From Candidatus Falkowbacteria bacterium HGW-Falkowbacteria-1 (GTDB taxonomy: Bacteria > Patescibacteriota > Patescibacteriia > Patescibacteriales > UBA12465), in the NCBI GenBank assembly GCA_002840305.1, contig PHAI01000001.1:112074-176073 (forward strand): a stretch of DNA of 64,000 bases, written 5' to 3'. Shown in pieces: positions 28,251 through 38,345 of this stretch. Below the pieces are notes generated by a model. The model was not told where the DNA came from. It ran no database searches and was given only the letters and a program-made list of their open reading frames with translations. Both the position numbers and the translations under genes were made by a program. The stretch's first letter is position 1. Each line of letters begins with the position of its first letter.

Positions 28251-29690
28251 ATGAATATGTTTTCGTCTTTTATAAAAAAAATAATCCCCAAATCATTTTT
28301 AAATAGATTCAGGCCAATCTATCATTATCTTTTTTCATTTTTGGCTCATGTTTTTTACGGCAAGGCTAGTAATAAAATTATAGTTATCGGTGTAACAGGA
28401 ACATCGGGCAAGACCAGTTCTGTTTATTTAATGGCCAAAACTTTAAATAATGCTGGATATAAAACGGGATATACCTCCACGGCCATGTTTAGTGATGGAA
28501 ATAATGAATGGTTGAATAACAAGAAAATGACCATGCTCGGCAAGTTTTTTACTCAAAAGATGTTGAACAAAATGGTTAAAAATAAATGTGTGTATGCTGT
28601 GATAGAAACAACATCAGAGGGTATTAAACAATTCAGACATCGATTTATTAATTACGATGTAGTTTGCTTTACTAGTTTATACCCAGAGCATATAGAGTCT
28701 CATGGTAGCTTTGAAAACTATAAACAGGCTAAGGCCAAGCTTTTTTCCCATTTGAAGAATTGCAAGACAAAATATGTTGACGGAAACAAGAGGGTTGTTA
28801 AAATAAAAACTAATTTATCAAAGATAAATTTTAATAAAGTAAAGAAAACTATAATCGTAAACGGAGACGACGAACATTCATTTTTCTTTTCTGGTTTTTG
28901 GGCCGAAGAAAAATTGTTTTATTATAAGGGAGATTTCGCGGATAAAGACGAGAACGTTATTTTTTATAATAATATTTTGGTTGATAAAAATGAAATTTCG
29001 TTTGACGTTTTATTTAAACAAAAATTATCAAGCGATAATGGTATGACAAACAAGAGGGTTTCTTTATCACTTTTAGGAGAATTTAACGTGTTAAATTCTA
29101 TGCCCCTCTTGGCCTTGTCGGTAAATCAAGAAATAAACCTGGACTTGATTTTAGATAAATTAAAGGAAATAAAGAATATCCCCGGAAGATTGGAAATTGT
29201 AGATGCAGGGCAAAAGTTTCTGGCCATCGTTGATTATGCTTATGAACCGGTAGCTATGAAAAAACTTTATAACACTATTGATTTTATAAGAGAAAATAGA
29301 AAGGAAAAGGGAAAAATAATTCATATTCTTGGTTCGACTGGTGGCGGTAGAGATAAGAGTCGACGCTTTACTTTGGGGGAGATAGCGGGAGAAAAGGCTG
29401 ATTTTGTTATTATTAGTAACGAGGATCCTTATGACGAAAATCCTTTGGATATTATAAATCAGGTTGCATCCGGTTCTAAGGCTGTTGGGAAAATAGAGGG
29501 TGAAAATTTATTTAGAGTTTTAGATAGAAGAGAGGCTATAAAAAAATCACTAAGTTTAGTCGGCGATAACGATATCGTTCTTTTAACTGGCAAAGGAAGC
29601 GAACAAGCAATTTGTGTTGCTGGTGGGAAAAAGATTAAATGGGACGACAGAGTCGTTTTGAGAGGAGAAATTATTAACAAAGTTGTTTAA
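28251..29690 (+). CDS. Mur ligase family protein (MurE-like UDP-MurNAc-tripeptide ligase)
   Basis: The P-loop VIGVTGTSGKTS is followed by Mur ligase central and C-terminal domains. Confidence 0.7.
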   Translation: MNMFSSFIKKIIPKSFLNRFRPIYHYLFSFLAHVFYGKASNKIIVIGVTGTSGKTSSVYLMAKTLNNAGYKTGYTSTAMFSDGNNEWLNNKKMTMLGKFFTQKMLNKMVKNKCVYAVIETTSEGIKQFRHRFINYDVVCFTSLYPEHIESHGSFENYKQAKAKLFSHLKNCKTKYVDGNKRVVKIKTNLSKINFNKVKKTIIVNGDDEHSFFFSGFWAEEKLFYYKGDFADKDENVIFYNNILVDKNEISFDVLFKQKLSSDNGMTNKRVSLSLLGEFNVLNSMPLLALSVNQEINLDLILDKLKEIKNIPGRLEIVDAGQKFLAIVDYAYEPVAMKKLYNTIDFIRENRKEKGKIIHILGSTGGGRDKSRRFTLGEIAGEKADFVIISNEDPYDENPLDIINQVASGSKAVGKIEGENLFRVLDRREAIKKSLSLVGDNDIVLLTGKGSEQAICVAGGKKIKWDDRVVLRGEIINKVV

Positions 29691-29725
29691 TTTTTTAAGG
29701 ATTAATTCTCCCTATATCGCGGATA

Positions 29726-29754
29726 TTGACCGAAATGACTTATTGGTATATAAT
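29726..29754 (+). promoter_or_regulatory. Putative sigma70-type promoter upstream of the pilin gene
   Basis: TTGACC, a 17-nt spacer, then TATAAT. Confidence 0.35.
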
Positions 29755-29847
29755 ATAGATATAATAATATAAGTTTATTTATTATAATTTTATCGTGACT
29801 ATAGCTCGTTTTTTGATGATCTATATTTGCGAACTTTTAAAAAATTT

Positions 29848-30312
29848 ATGACAAAACAAAAGAAAGGTTTTACCTTGATTGAGTTGTTAGTAGTTATTGC
29901 CATTATTGGTATCTTGGCTACTTTAGCTGTTGTAGCATTACAACAAGCTAGAAAGAATGCTAGAGACGCAAAAAGAATTGCAGACGTTCGTCAAATGCAA
30001 ACTGCATTGGAATTGTATTTCAATGATAATCAGTTTTACCCTCCGACAGATGAGATTGCCGCTGGTGGTGAAATCGCTACTAATGGAGTAACTTATATGA
30101 ACATCGTTCCTACAGCCCCTACACCGGCTGATGGTACTTGTGACGCTGGTACAAACGCTTATACTTACACAGGCACCGGAACAGCAGTTGGCGATGCTTG
30201 GGGAAGTTATACTGTTGATTTTTGTTTAGGTGGTCAAACTGGTGGTCTTGCAGCAGGTGAAAAATGTGCTACACCTGGTGGAATCATCGATGATGCTTGT
30301 GAAAATCTATAG
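29848..30312 (+). CDS. Type IV pilin-like protein (prepilin with short leader)
   Basis: MTKQKKG|[28 protein letters not shown] is the prepilin leader and N-terminal helix. The body is paralogous to the first ~150 aa of the 3255..4676 protein. Confidence 0.7.
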   Translation: MTKQKKGFTLIELLVVIAIIGILATLAVVALQQARKNARDAKRIADVRQMQTALELYFNDNQFYPPTDEIAAGGEIATNGVTYMNIVPTAPTPADGTCDAGTNAYTYTGTGTAVGDAWGSYTVDFCLGGQTGGLAAGEKCATPGGIIDDACENL

Positions 30313-30332
30313 TAAATAGTTAGCTCAAAGAA

Positions 30333-30368
30333 ATAAAAAAAATAAGCCCTTTCGGGCTTATTTTTTTG
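30333..30368. terminator. Bidirectional terminator hairpin
   Basis: An A-run is followed by aagccc-tttc-gggctt and a T-run. Confidence 0.55.
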
Positions 30369-30441
30369 TGCGCCGTGTCGGATTCGAACCGACGACCATC
30401 TCCTTAAGAGGGAGCCGCTCTACCAGCTGAGCTAACAGCGC
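30369..30441 (-). tRNA. tRNA-Lys (anticodon CUU)
   Basis: The reverse complement folds as a cloverleaf with anticodon loop ctCTTaa. Confidence 0.8.
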
Positions 30442-30454
30442 GTTTTTTTATTTC

Positions 30455-30531
30455 TGGTGGCTGAGGAGGGGCTTGAACCCTCGACCTTAGCGTTATGAGT
30501 GCTACGCTCTAACCAGCTGAGCTACCCAGCC
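30455..30531 (-). tRNA. tRNA-Met (anticodon CAU; elongator-like, could be tRNA-Ile2), CCA encoded
   Basis: The reverse complement gives ggctggg…ctCATaa…ttcaagc…ctcagcc-a-cca. It has a G1-C72 pair and no GGG/CCC anticodon stem, so it is not an initiator. Confidence 0.75.
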
Positions 30532-30670
30532 ATATTAATTAGTATTTTTAAGATTATTAGGATTTTTATGACTTTTGGAATATCAAAATACAATAGTCAT
30601 CTATAAAGTATGGTTATTTTTAATCCTGAAAATCTTAAAAATCTTAATTATCCTAACAATCTTAATAATG

Positions 30671-30744
30671 TGTGCCCAGCAGGATTTGAACCCGCAACCT
30701 TCTGGTCCGAAGCCAGATGCTCTATCCAGTTGAGCTATGGACAC
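30671..30744 (-). tRNA. tRNA-Arg (anticodon UCG)
   Basis: The reverse-complement cloverleaf has anticodon loop ctTCGga. Confidence 0.75.
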
Positions 30745-30817
30745 TAAACACTAAAAGACAATCAGTTAATATTAATTGAAAACAATAAAAACATTATAAT
30801 AAAAAAACATTTTTTAA

Positions 30818-31129
30818 TCAAGCTTTCAAAGAATCTTTTAGTTTTTTTCCACTTTTAAATTTTGCTACTTTTACGCTTGGAATTTTTATTCTTTCTTTCG
30901 GATTTCTAGGATTTACTCCTCCGCGCGCATAACGAGTTTTGACGCTAAAAGTACCAAAACTCGTTAACTTTACAGAGAAGTCTTTGCCTAGTTGTTCAAT
31001 TATTTCATCTATAGCAATCTTTAATATCTTTTCTACTTCTTTTTTTCTGATGTTGGGATTAGAATGCTTTTTACTTACAATCTCGGCCAAATCTTTTTGG
31101 TTGATAGTTTTGTTGATATTTCTTTTCAT
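30818..31129 (-). CDS. hup: DNA-binding protein HU/IHF family
   Basis: KTFGTFSVK…RNPKTGE-like arm: …FGTFSVKTRYARGGVNPRNPKERIKIP. Confidence 0.85.
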   Translation of the reverse strand: MKRNINKTINQKDLAEIVSKKHSNPNIRKKEVEKILKIAIDEIIEQLGKDFSVKLTSFGTFSVKTRYARGGVNPRNPKERIKIPSVKVAKFKSGKKLKDSLKA

Positions 31130-31140
31130 ATAGCACTTTT

Positions 31141-32655
31141 TTATTTAGCGTATTCTATCACTCTTAGTTCTCTAATAACATTAACTTTTATTTCTCCTGG
31201 ATATTTTAATTCTTGTTCTATTTTTTTGGCTATATTTCTGGCCACTTCGTATGATTTAAGATCGTCTATTTTTTCAGGAGAAATAAATATTCTTACCTCT
31301 CTTCCGGCTTGGATGGCGTAACTTTTATCTACCCCTTCAAAGGAGTTGGCTATCCTTTCCAATTCTTCTAATCTTTGAATGTAATTTTCAAAAGAATCAT
31401 GTCTGGCTCCTGGGCGAGCAGATGATATAGCGTCAGCAGTTTTTACTATTACAGCCAAAAGTGTTGGTGGGTTATCATCATGATGCGTGGCCACTGGTAT
31501 TATAATTTCTTCTTGAATATTGAATTTCTTTAATATATCCCTTCCTATTTCAGTATGGTTTCCTTGAACTTCGTGATCAACGGCTTTGCCGATGTCATGA
31601 AGCAAGCCAGCTTTTTTAGCTAAAACTGGGTCGGCTCCAAGCTCCTGAGCTAACATTCCTGATAGATGGGCGACTTCGATAGAGTGCTCTAAAGCGTTTT
31701 GTCCGTAGCTGGTTCTGTATTTTAGCCTTCCTATTATTTGAGTTAATTTAAGATCAAAGGCTGCCACGCCTATGTCATAAACAGCATTTTCTCCGGCTTT
31801 ATTTATATCTATAGTTATGTCTTCTTTAGCTTTTTTGACAGCATCTTCTATTTTTGTTGGATGAATTCTGCCGTCTTTTATTAAATATTCCAAGGCTTTT
31901 TTGGCAACATGTCTTCTAATTAATGAGAAGCCAGAAATGGTTATTGCGTTAGGTGTGTCATCAACTATAATTTCAACTCCAGTCATCTGCTCTATCGATT
32001 TAATATTTCTTCCTTCGCGACCGATAATTCTGCCTTTCATTTCGTCACTGGGCAGGTCGACAGTGGTAGTTGTCAATTCGGCCGTGTAATTTGGGGCCAA
32101 TCTTTGAATCGCAAAGGCTAAAAGGCCTTTGGCTTTTTCGTTTACTATTTCATTTGATTGATTTTGTAGCTTAGCTATTCTAGATACAAGGTCTTCGCTA
32201 TTTTTTTCTTCAATATTTTTCAAAAGTATCTCCTTAGCTTCTTCGGGGCTTAAATTGGCAATTTGTTCTAATTTTTTGATTTGGTCCTCTTTAATTTCCT
32301 TAATTTTTTCCTTTATTTCCTGGACCTCGTTTACTTTGTCGTAGAGCTTTTGTTGTTTTTCTTCTAGGGCTAGTAATTTTTGGGAAAAAGCGGTTTCTCT
32401 ATCTTCTAGTCTTTTTTGTAAGCCGTTTATTTCCTTTCTTCTGCTTGCTTCTTCGTTTTTTGCCTCTTCTATTATTTTTAAAGCCTTTTCTTGAGCTTCA
32501 AGTTCGTATTTTTTTTGTTTTGCCCTTGCCTCGTTTAATATTTTTTCAGCTTTGTTTTCAGCCCCTTCAATTTTTTTGGATGAGGATCTTTTTTGGTATA
32601 AAAAACCAACAAAAACACCACCAATCAATAGTATAGCGTAGATTGCGTATTCCAT
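31141..32655 (-). CDS. rny: Ribonuclease Y
   Basis: An N-terminal TM and coiled coil precede a KH domain and an HD domain (HSIEVAHL…LLHDIGK). Confidence 0.9.
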   Translation of the reverse strand: MEYAIYAILLIGGVFVGFLYQKRSSSKKIEGAENKAEKILNEARAKQKKYELEAQEKALKIIEEAKNEEASRRKEINGLQKRLEDRETAFSQKLLALEEKQQKLYDKVNEVQEIKEKIKEIKEDQIKKLEQIANLSPEEAKEILLKNIEEKNSEDLVSRIAKLQNQSNEIVNEKAKGLLAFAIQRLAPNYTAELTTTTVDLPSDEMKGRIIGREGRNIKSIEQMTGVEIIVDDTPNAITISGFSLIRRHVAKKALEYLIKDGRIHPTKIEDAVKKAKEDITIDINKAGENAVYDIGVAAFDLKLTQIIGRLKYRTSYGQNALEHSIEVAHLSGMLAQELGADPVLAKKAGLLHDIGKAVDHEVQGNHTEIGRDILKKFNIQEEIIIPVATHHDDNPPTLLAVIVKTADAISSARPGARHDSFENYIQRLEELERIANSFEGVDKSYAIQAGREVRIFISPEKIDDLKSYEVARNIAKKIEQELKYPGEIKVNVIRELRVIEYAK

Positions 32656-32953
32656 ATTTTTATTTTGTTTTAGGAAGCTTTTAGCGAATTAAAAGAAACA
32701 AAAAAAGACTCGTTTTTAGTTTTTTGAGAAAAAGAGTTTGTCTTTATTTTTATGTAAGATTTTATTTTACTTATTTTGTTTAAAATGCTCATAATTGCTG
32801 AGTTTCCTAATAACCTTTTAATTTTAAATTTAAACTGTTTTTATTATAGCAAAGGCTTTTATTTTTGTAAAGAAGCTTTTTTGGGGCGCTTTTATTTATT
32901 TTATTTTTGTGGTATATTACTGTTGTGTTGTTTATATAATTAATGTTAAACAT

Positions 32954-35134
32954 ATGTTCAAAATGCCTAATTTTAAGCTAAAGCCGTTTATTATTATTTT
33001 TTTTATCGTTGTTATCGCTGTTTCTTTCTTGTTTTTGAAAATACAGCAAAAATATCAGGCTAGAAACTTTGTTGATAGTAATCCTAGCGGTGATAACTCC
33101 CCGGAGGTAGCCAGTCTGAGTCCCAAATATTCTTCAAAAATAAAGAAATTTGCTGATGTTGCCGATTTTAGCTCTTTCATTGAAAAAAATCAGGTTAATT
33201 TTGAAAATAATTATCTAAAAAGATCGGACATGGCCATGGACATAGCCTTTGCTTCGACAGAGTCTCTTGATTCTTCTCTTGCCAACAATGAAATGGTTGG
33301 CGGAACCGATTTTTCTTTAACGAACGTTCAAGTCCAGGGCGTAGACGAGGCCGATATTGTTAAAACTGACGGATCTTATATTTATTATGTCTCTGAAAAA
33401 ACTTTATATATAGTTGAGGCTTACCCAGTAGAAAATAATAAAATTTTAAGTAAATTAGAATTTGATTCTTATTTGTCGGATATTTATATCAAGGGAGACA
33501 GTTTGGTTGTTTTTGGTAACGAAGGCTTTAATTATGGTATGCCGAAAGATAGACTAGCGATGAGCATAGGTATAATGCCACCAATGTCCAACAGTGTTTT
33601 TTTACAGGTTTTTAATATATCAGACAAAACTAATCCTATAAAAGAAAAAGATTTGAAAATGGATGGATCTTATTTTGATTCTCGCTTGATAGGCGATTAC
33701 CTTTATTTCCTTGTTAACAATTATAATTATTATGGTCAAGGATTGCCAAGAGTTTCATACCAAGACAAAGAGTTAAATTTTAATTGTCAGGATGGTTTAA
33801 AATGTGCTCCTTCGAATATCTATTATTTTGATAATTATTATGATAATTTTAATTTGACTAGTGTAACCTCCTTAAATATAACAGATTTTAATAAAGAGCC
33901 AGAAAGTAATTTTTATTTGCTTCCTGCCGGACAAAATCTTTATGTGTCTCAAAATAATATTTATATTACTTACACTAAATATTTAAACGAGTATGAAGTA
34001 GAAACTGATGCTTTGTTGGAGATCATTTATCCTCGTCTATCAGAAAATGACAGAAAAATTGTTGATGAAATAAATTCTGCTTCAGAAAATATTTTGACTT
34101 TAAGTGAAAAAAGAAGCAAAGTTAGAAGGATTTTGGATTTATATATCAATTTTTTAAGTTTAGCCGAAAGAGAAGCCTTGCAGAAAGATTTGGATAATAA
34201 AATAATGGAAAAATATCCTAATATTTTGGAAGAGCTGGAAAAAACTGTTATTCATAAATTGGCTGTTTTTGAAGGTGCCGTTGAACCTATTTTTATGGGC
34301 GAGGTCTCTGGGTCTGTTTTAAATCAGTTTTCGATGGACGAATTTGATGGTTTCTTCCGAATGGCCACAACTAAAAATAGAAGTTGGTCAAGATTCGCAA
34401 GCCTTGAAACTGATTCTTATAACAATGTATATGTGTTAGATTCAAATTTAGAATTAACTGGTGAAATAAAAGGATTGGCCGAAGGCGAAAGGATATATTC
34501 TGTTCGATTCATGGGTGACAAGGCCTATGTTGTAACATTTAAGCAGGTTGATCCATTATTCTCAGTTGATTTAAGAGATCCTTATAATCCGAAAGTTTTA
34601 GGCGAATTAAAGATTCCAGGATTTTCTAACTATCTTCATCCTTATGACAATAATACTTTGATTGGTTTTGGAAAAGAAACTCAAGAAGAGTCAGACGGAA
34701 GAGTTATAACCGGCGGTCTAAAGTTGTCGTTATTTGATGTTTCTTCTGATGAGCCCAAGGAACTTGATTCTTATGTAATCGGTGACCTTGGTAGTGATTC
34801 AATAGCCTTATACGATCATCGAGCCTTTCTCTTTTCGAAAGACAAGAATCTACTTGCTGTTCCGGTTGTCTTAAGAGAGAGCGCGGGCGATAATTCGTGG
34901 GGCGATATTTCTTTTAACGGTTTGTTGGTCTTTAATATTATTGATAACAAATTTGTTTTGAAGGGACAAATAGATCATTTATTGTCGGAAGGAACAAACG
35001 AGGCTTATAATTATGAAGACTCTGTTAAAAGAGGACTCTATATTAAAGAGTATTTTTATAGCTTGTCCGATAATTTTATCAAAATAAACGAGATCAAAGA
35101 TCTAAAGGAAGCCTTGTCTATAAAACTAAAATAA
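32954..35134 (+). CDS. Secreted/membrane-anchored beta-propeller domain protein
   Basis: A signal/TM segment is followed by repeated strand-rich segments (GVDEADIVKTDGSYIYYV, …YIK…) typical of the Beta_propel-type family. Start moved to the first ATG. Confidence 0.45.
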   Translation: MFKMPNFKLKPFIIIFFIVVIAVSFLFLKIQQKYQARNFVDSNPSGDNSPEVASLSPKYSSKIKKFADVADFSSFIEKNQVNFENNYLKRSDMAMDIAFASTESLDSSLANNEMVGGTDFSLTNVQVQGVDEADIVKTDGSYIYYVSEKTLYIVEAYPVENNKILSKLEFDSYLSDIYIKGDSLVVFGNEGFNYGMPKDRLAMSIGIMPPMSNSVFLQVFNISDKTNPIKEKDLKMDGSYFDSRLIGDYLYFLVNNYNYYGQGLPRVSYQDKELNFNCQDGLKCAPSNIYYFDNYYDNFNLTSVTSLNITDFNKEPESNFYLLPAGQNLYVSQNNIYITYTKYLNEYEVETDALLEIIYPRLSENDRKIVDEINSASENILTLSEKRSKVRRILDLYINFLSLAEREALQKDLDNKIMEKYPNILEELEKTVIHKLAVFEGAVEPIFMGEVSGSVLNQFSMDEFDGFFRMATTKNRSWSRFASLETDSYNNVYVLDSNLELTGEIKGLAEGERIYSVRFMGDKAYVVTFKQVDPLFSVDLRDPYNPKVLGELKIPGFSNYLHPYDNNTLIGFGKETQEESDGRVITGGLKLSLFDVSSDEPKELDSYVIGDLGSDSIALYDHRAFLFSKDKNLLAVPVVLRESAGDNSWGDISFNGLLVFNIIDNKFVLKGQIDHLLSEGTNEAYNYEDSVKRGLYIKEYFYSLSDNFIKINEIKDLKEALSIKLK

Positions 35135-35161
35135 TAAAGTTATTTTTTCGTTAGTTACTAT

Positions 35162-35914
35162 ATGAAAATAAAAAGACTTTTTATCGTTTGCCATCTTTTA
35201 ATATTTTTGTTATTTTCCGTGGCCGTTGTAAAACCTACTTTTTTCTATTGGGTGTTACTTTCTTCCAATCTTATCCTAGTCTTTATTTCTTATAGGATTA
35301 TAGCCCTTCGTTCTGATAAAAGTTTCTTGAGGTATTTAATTTTGCCAGTTTTTTTTATTAATTCTTGTTTTTTTTATTCTAGTTTATTGGTTAGTAAATT
35401 GTTTATTTTCTTAATTTTATTTTCTGCCGTTTTGTTGCTTTATTACTACTACAAAAGTGCATTAAAATATTATTTTATAGAATCTGATAGAAAAAAAAAT
35501 TTGCCCTTTTGGTCTAATTTGTTTGGTTTTTTGACTGTTTTTTTGGGATCCTCGTTTATTTACGGTTTATCTTATTTTATAAAGATCAACAATTTAATTT
35601 TGACCCTTTTATTACTTGTAATTCTTTTTTTGTCTTTTTTCCAAAACATTTTTATTGAGAGATATTCAGGAAGGGCAAATTTATTTTTTTCTTTTTTGTT
35701 TCTGTTTTCTTTAGCACCTTTATCTTGGTCAATATTTTTGTTACCGTTTAATTACAACGTTTCTGGTTTAATAATTTCTCTTATCTACTACAGCGCCTTG
35801 AGTTTTGTTATTTTTTATTTTAAAAAAGAATTGACGGTTAAAAAAATAAAGTATAATCTTTTGTTCGTCGGTTTTGTTTTATTGGTAACTCTTATAAGCG
35901 TAAAGTGGAGATAA
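35162..35914 (+). CDS. Polytopic membrane protein of unknown function
   Basis: Around 7 hydrophobic helices with no other motifs. Confidence 0.4.
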   Translation: MKIKRLFIVCHLLIFLLFSVAVVKPTFFYWVLLSSNLILVFISYRIIALRSDKSFLRYLILPVFFINSCFFYSSLLVSKLFIFLILFSAVLLLYYYYKSALKYYFIESDRKKNLPFWSNLFGFLTVFLGSSFIYGLSYFIKINNLILTLLLLVILFLSFFQNIFIERYSGRANLFFSFLFLFSLAPLSWSIFLLPFNYNVSGLIISLIYYSALSFVIFYFKKELTVKKIKYNLLFVGFVLLVTLISVKWR

Positions 35915-35939
35915 ATTTATAAATTACTTTTTGATTTTT

Positions 35940-37064
35940 ATGGAAAAAAAAGAAAAAAAAATAAAGACATGGTTATTAGTTTTATTGTTTTCGCTTATTC
36001 TTGGTTTTTTGGGCGGAGTCTTTTCTTATATTTATTCCTATAAGAATTTTTACAGCTTATTTCCTTTTTCTCAAGAGCTTGATCTTAATTCTTGGGATTA
36101 CGGAGGAACTAATTTTATTATTCAGGATGCAAAAAAGGTTGTTATTAATCAGGATTTGAAGATAGAAGAAAACATTGCTTACCTCAGTGAGGCCACGGTT
36201 GGTGTTTTTAAAAAAAATGAAGTTAGCCAAGATTTATATTTTTTTGAAGACAGCATCTTAAATGGCCTGGTAATAAGCAGTGACGGCTGGGTCTTCGTTA
36301 ATATAGTCGGTTTGCCTAGTTTTGATAAAAATATTTTAAAAAATGAAGATGAATATGTCATAATATCAAAAAAAAATAAAAAGATTTACGAGATAGAAAA
36401 TCTGACTTATTCTGAAAAAGATGCCCTCTTACTTTTAAAGATAAAAGGTATTGATAATTTTCCTGTTAAGTCTTTTTACAATTTTTCTGATTTGAAAGTA
36501 GGGCAATCTCTTTTGTCGTATACTTTTTCTGGCCAAATAGATCCAGTTTTTTTAATGTCTAAAAATCAACAGTCGGGCATTGTAAATATTGATAAATTTA
36601 GCAATAGTTTGATTTTTAACAAAAAACAGGATGATTTTTTTAGAAATTCTTTTGTTTTTGATTTAAATGGCGATTTAGTTGCTCTTACTTCATTTGATTT
36701 AGAGGTTTATCCTATGAGCGACTTCAAACCCTTAATATTTAATTTTTTCAAAAATAAAGAAATTAAAAAGGCAAAATTTGGTATAAGCTATATAAATATT
36801 TCAAATGTGTTAAGCACTGATAATGATTTTTACTCGGAAGGTGCCTGGGTCTATAACAATGGTTTGTCCGCAGTTGAAAAAGGGGGTTTGTTTGACTTGG
36901 CTGGCCTTAAAACCGGGGATATAATAATCAGAGTAAATGATTATAAAGTTGATTCCAATAATGATCTTTTTGATATTTTGAATAATTTTGTTATTGGCGA
37001 CAAACTTTCCCTTTATGTTTTAAGAGATGATAGTTTTATAGACTTGAAAGTTGATTTGAAATAA
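35940..37064 (+). CDS. Membrane-anchored HtrA-like protein with C-terminal PDZ domain; protease motifs not conserved (likely inactive)
   Basis: A TM helix precedes a trypsin-like region lacking the His (…FVNIVGL instead of NNHV) and GNSGGPL motifs. The PDZ domain is GLKTGDIIIRVNDYKV. Confidence 0.5.
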   Translation: MEKKEKKIKTWLLVLLFSLILGFLGGVFSYIYSYKNFYSLFPFSQELDLNSWDYGGTNFIIQDAKKVVINQDLKIEENIAYLSEATVGVFKKNEVSQDLYFFEDSILNGLVISSDGWVFVNIVGLPSFDKNILKNEDEYVIISKKNKKIYEIENLTYSEKDALLLLKIKGIDNFPVKSFYNFSDLKVGQSLLSYTFSGQIDPVFLMSKNQQSGIVNIDKFSNSLIFNKKQDDFFRNSFVFDLNGDLVALTSFDLEVYPMSDFKPLIFNFFKNKEIKKAKFGISYINISNVLSTDNDFYSEGAWVYNNGLSAVEKGGLFDLAGLKTGDIIIRVNDYKVDSNNDLFDILNNFVIGDKLSLYVLRDDSFIDLKVDLK

Positions 37065-37130
37065 TTTTTTTGTTTGTCCATCCTTGTTGATTTAAAATAA
37101 TAACAATAAATTATTTAATAATAAAAAAAT

Positions 37131-38309
37131 ATGAAGCTTAATAAAATAAATAAAAATAAAATAACCAATAAAAAAGTTTTACTCAGAGTTGATTTTAATG
37201 TTTCTATTTTAAATTCAAAAGTGAAAGAGGACTTCAAAATTAGACAGGTTATAGAAACTATAGACTTCCTTTTAAAGAATAATTGTCGGATAATTTTGCT
37301 TAGTCATTTAGGTCAACCAAAATCAGGTTTTGAAAAAAAATATTCTATGAAACCAGTGGCCTTGCATTTATCAAAAATTTTAGCTAGAAAAGTAGAATTT
37401 CTACCTTTTGATAAGTATTCTAAATTTCAAGATATTAAAAAGAGAATAGAAGCGGACATAAAAAAAAGTGATAAAAAACTATTTCTGTTGGATAATATTA
37501 GATTCTTTGATGGAGAGGAAAATGACAGCTTGAGCCTAGGCAAGTCCTTGGCCGGTTTGGCCGATGTTTATATAAATGATGCTTTTGCCGTGTCCCACAG
37601 GGCTAACTCTTCAGTTTCGGCAGTTAGAAAATACATACCATCTTACGCTGGTTTTTTATTGGAAAAGGAGCTAGAGAATTTAAATAAAATATTAAACCCT
37701 AAAAAACCATTGGTGCTTATAATGGGAGGAGCAAAGATTGCTAGCAAAGCACCTATAATTGAAAGATTGTATGACAAAGCTTCCTTTGTTTTATTGGGTG
37801 GGGCGTTGGTTAATAATTTTTACTTAGCTAAAAAATATAATATAGGAAAATCCTTGTATGATCCTGGCTCAGAATCTTTGATTAAGAAGTTTTTGAACTT
37901 AAAAAAAATAATTTTACCAGTTGACTTAATTGTAGCTTCGAAAAATAACAACGATAAATCCATAAAGAAGATAAAGAAAGTAACCGAAGTTTGTAGTGAC
38001 GAGTCTATTTATGATATTGGCCCAGAGACTATTAGTTTATTCGCTAAGTATATCAAAAAAGCGAAGACTATTGTTTGGAATGGGCCTATGGGTAAATTTG
38101 AAGAAAATGGATTTAAGAGGGGAACCGTTGCGATTGCGAGCGAAGTTGCCTCTTTGTCCAAGGGAAAGGCTTTCGGAGTTGTTGGTGGCGGTGAAACAGT
38201 AGAAGCCTTAAACTTATCTGGCATGAGATCTTATATAGACTGGGTTTCAACTGGTGGCGGCGCCATGCTCGATTATCTGTCTGGAAAAAAAATGCCAGGA
38301 ATTGATTAA
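37131..38309 (+). CDS. pgk: Phosphoglycerate kinase
   Basis: VLLRVDFNV, …GGAKIASK… and GGGA motifs are present. Confidence 0.9.
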   Translation: MKLNKINKNKITNKKVLLRVDFNVSILNSKVKEDFKIRQVIETIDFLLKNNCRIILLSHLGQPKSGFEKKYSMKPVALHLSKILARKVEFLPFDKYSKFQDIKKRIEADIKKSDKKLFLLDNIRFFDGEENDSLSLGKSLAGLADVYINDAFAVSHRANSSVSAVRKYIPSYAGFLLEKELENLNKILNPKKPLVLIMGGAKIASKAPIIERLYDKASFVLLGGALVNNFYLAKKYNIGKSLYDPGSESLIKKFLNLKKIILPVDLIVASKNNNDKSIKKIKKVTEVCSDESIYDIGPETISLFAKYIKKAKTIVWNGPMGKFEENGFKRGTVAIASEVASLSKGKAFGVVGGGETVEALNLSGMRSYIDWVSTGGGAMLDYLSGKKMPGID

Positions 38310-38345
38310 AATTATTTTGTTATATTTATAATTAATCATAATAAT

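Noticed and set aside
30455-30531. Calling the CAU tRNA an initiator tRNA-fMet
   Set aside because: It has a normal G1-C72 pair and lacks the three consecutive G-C pairs in the anticodon stem, so it is an elongator Met or Ile2(CAU).
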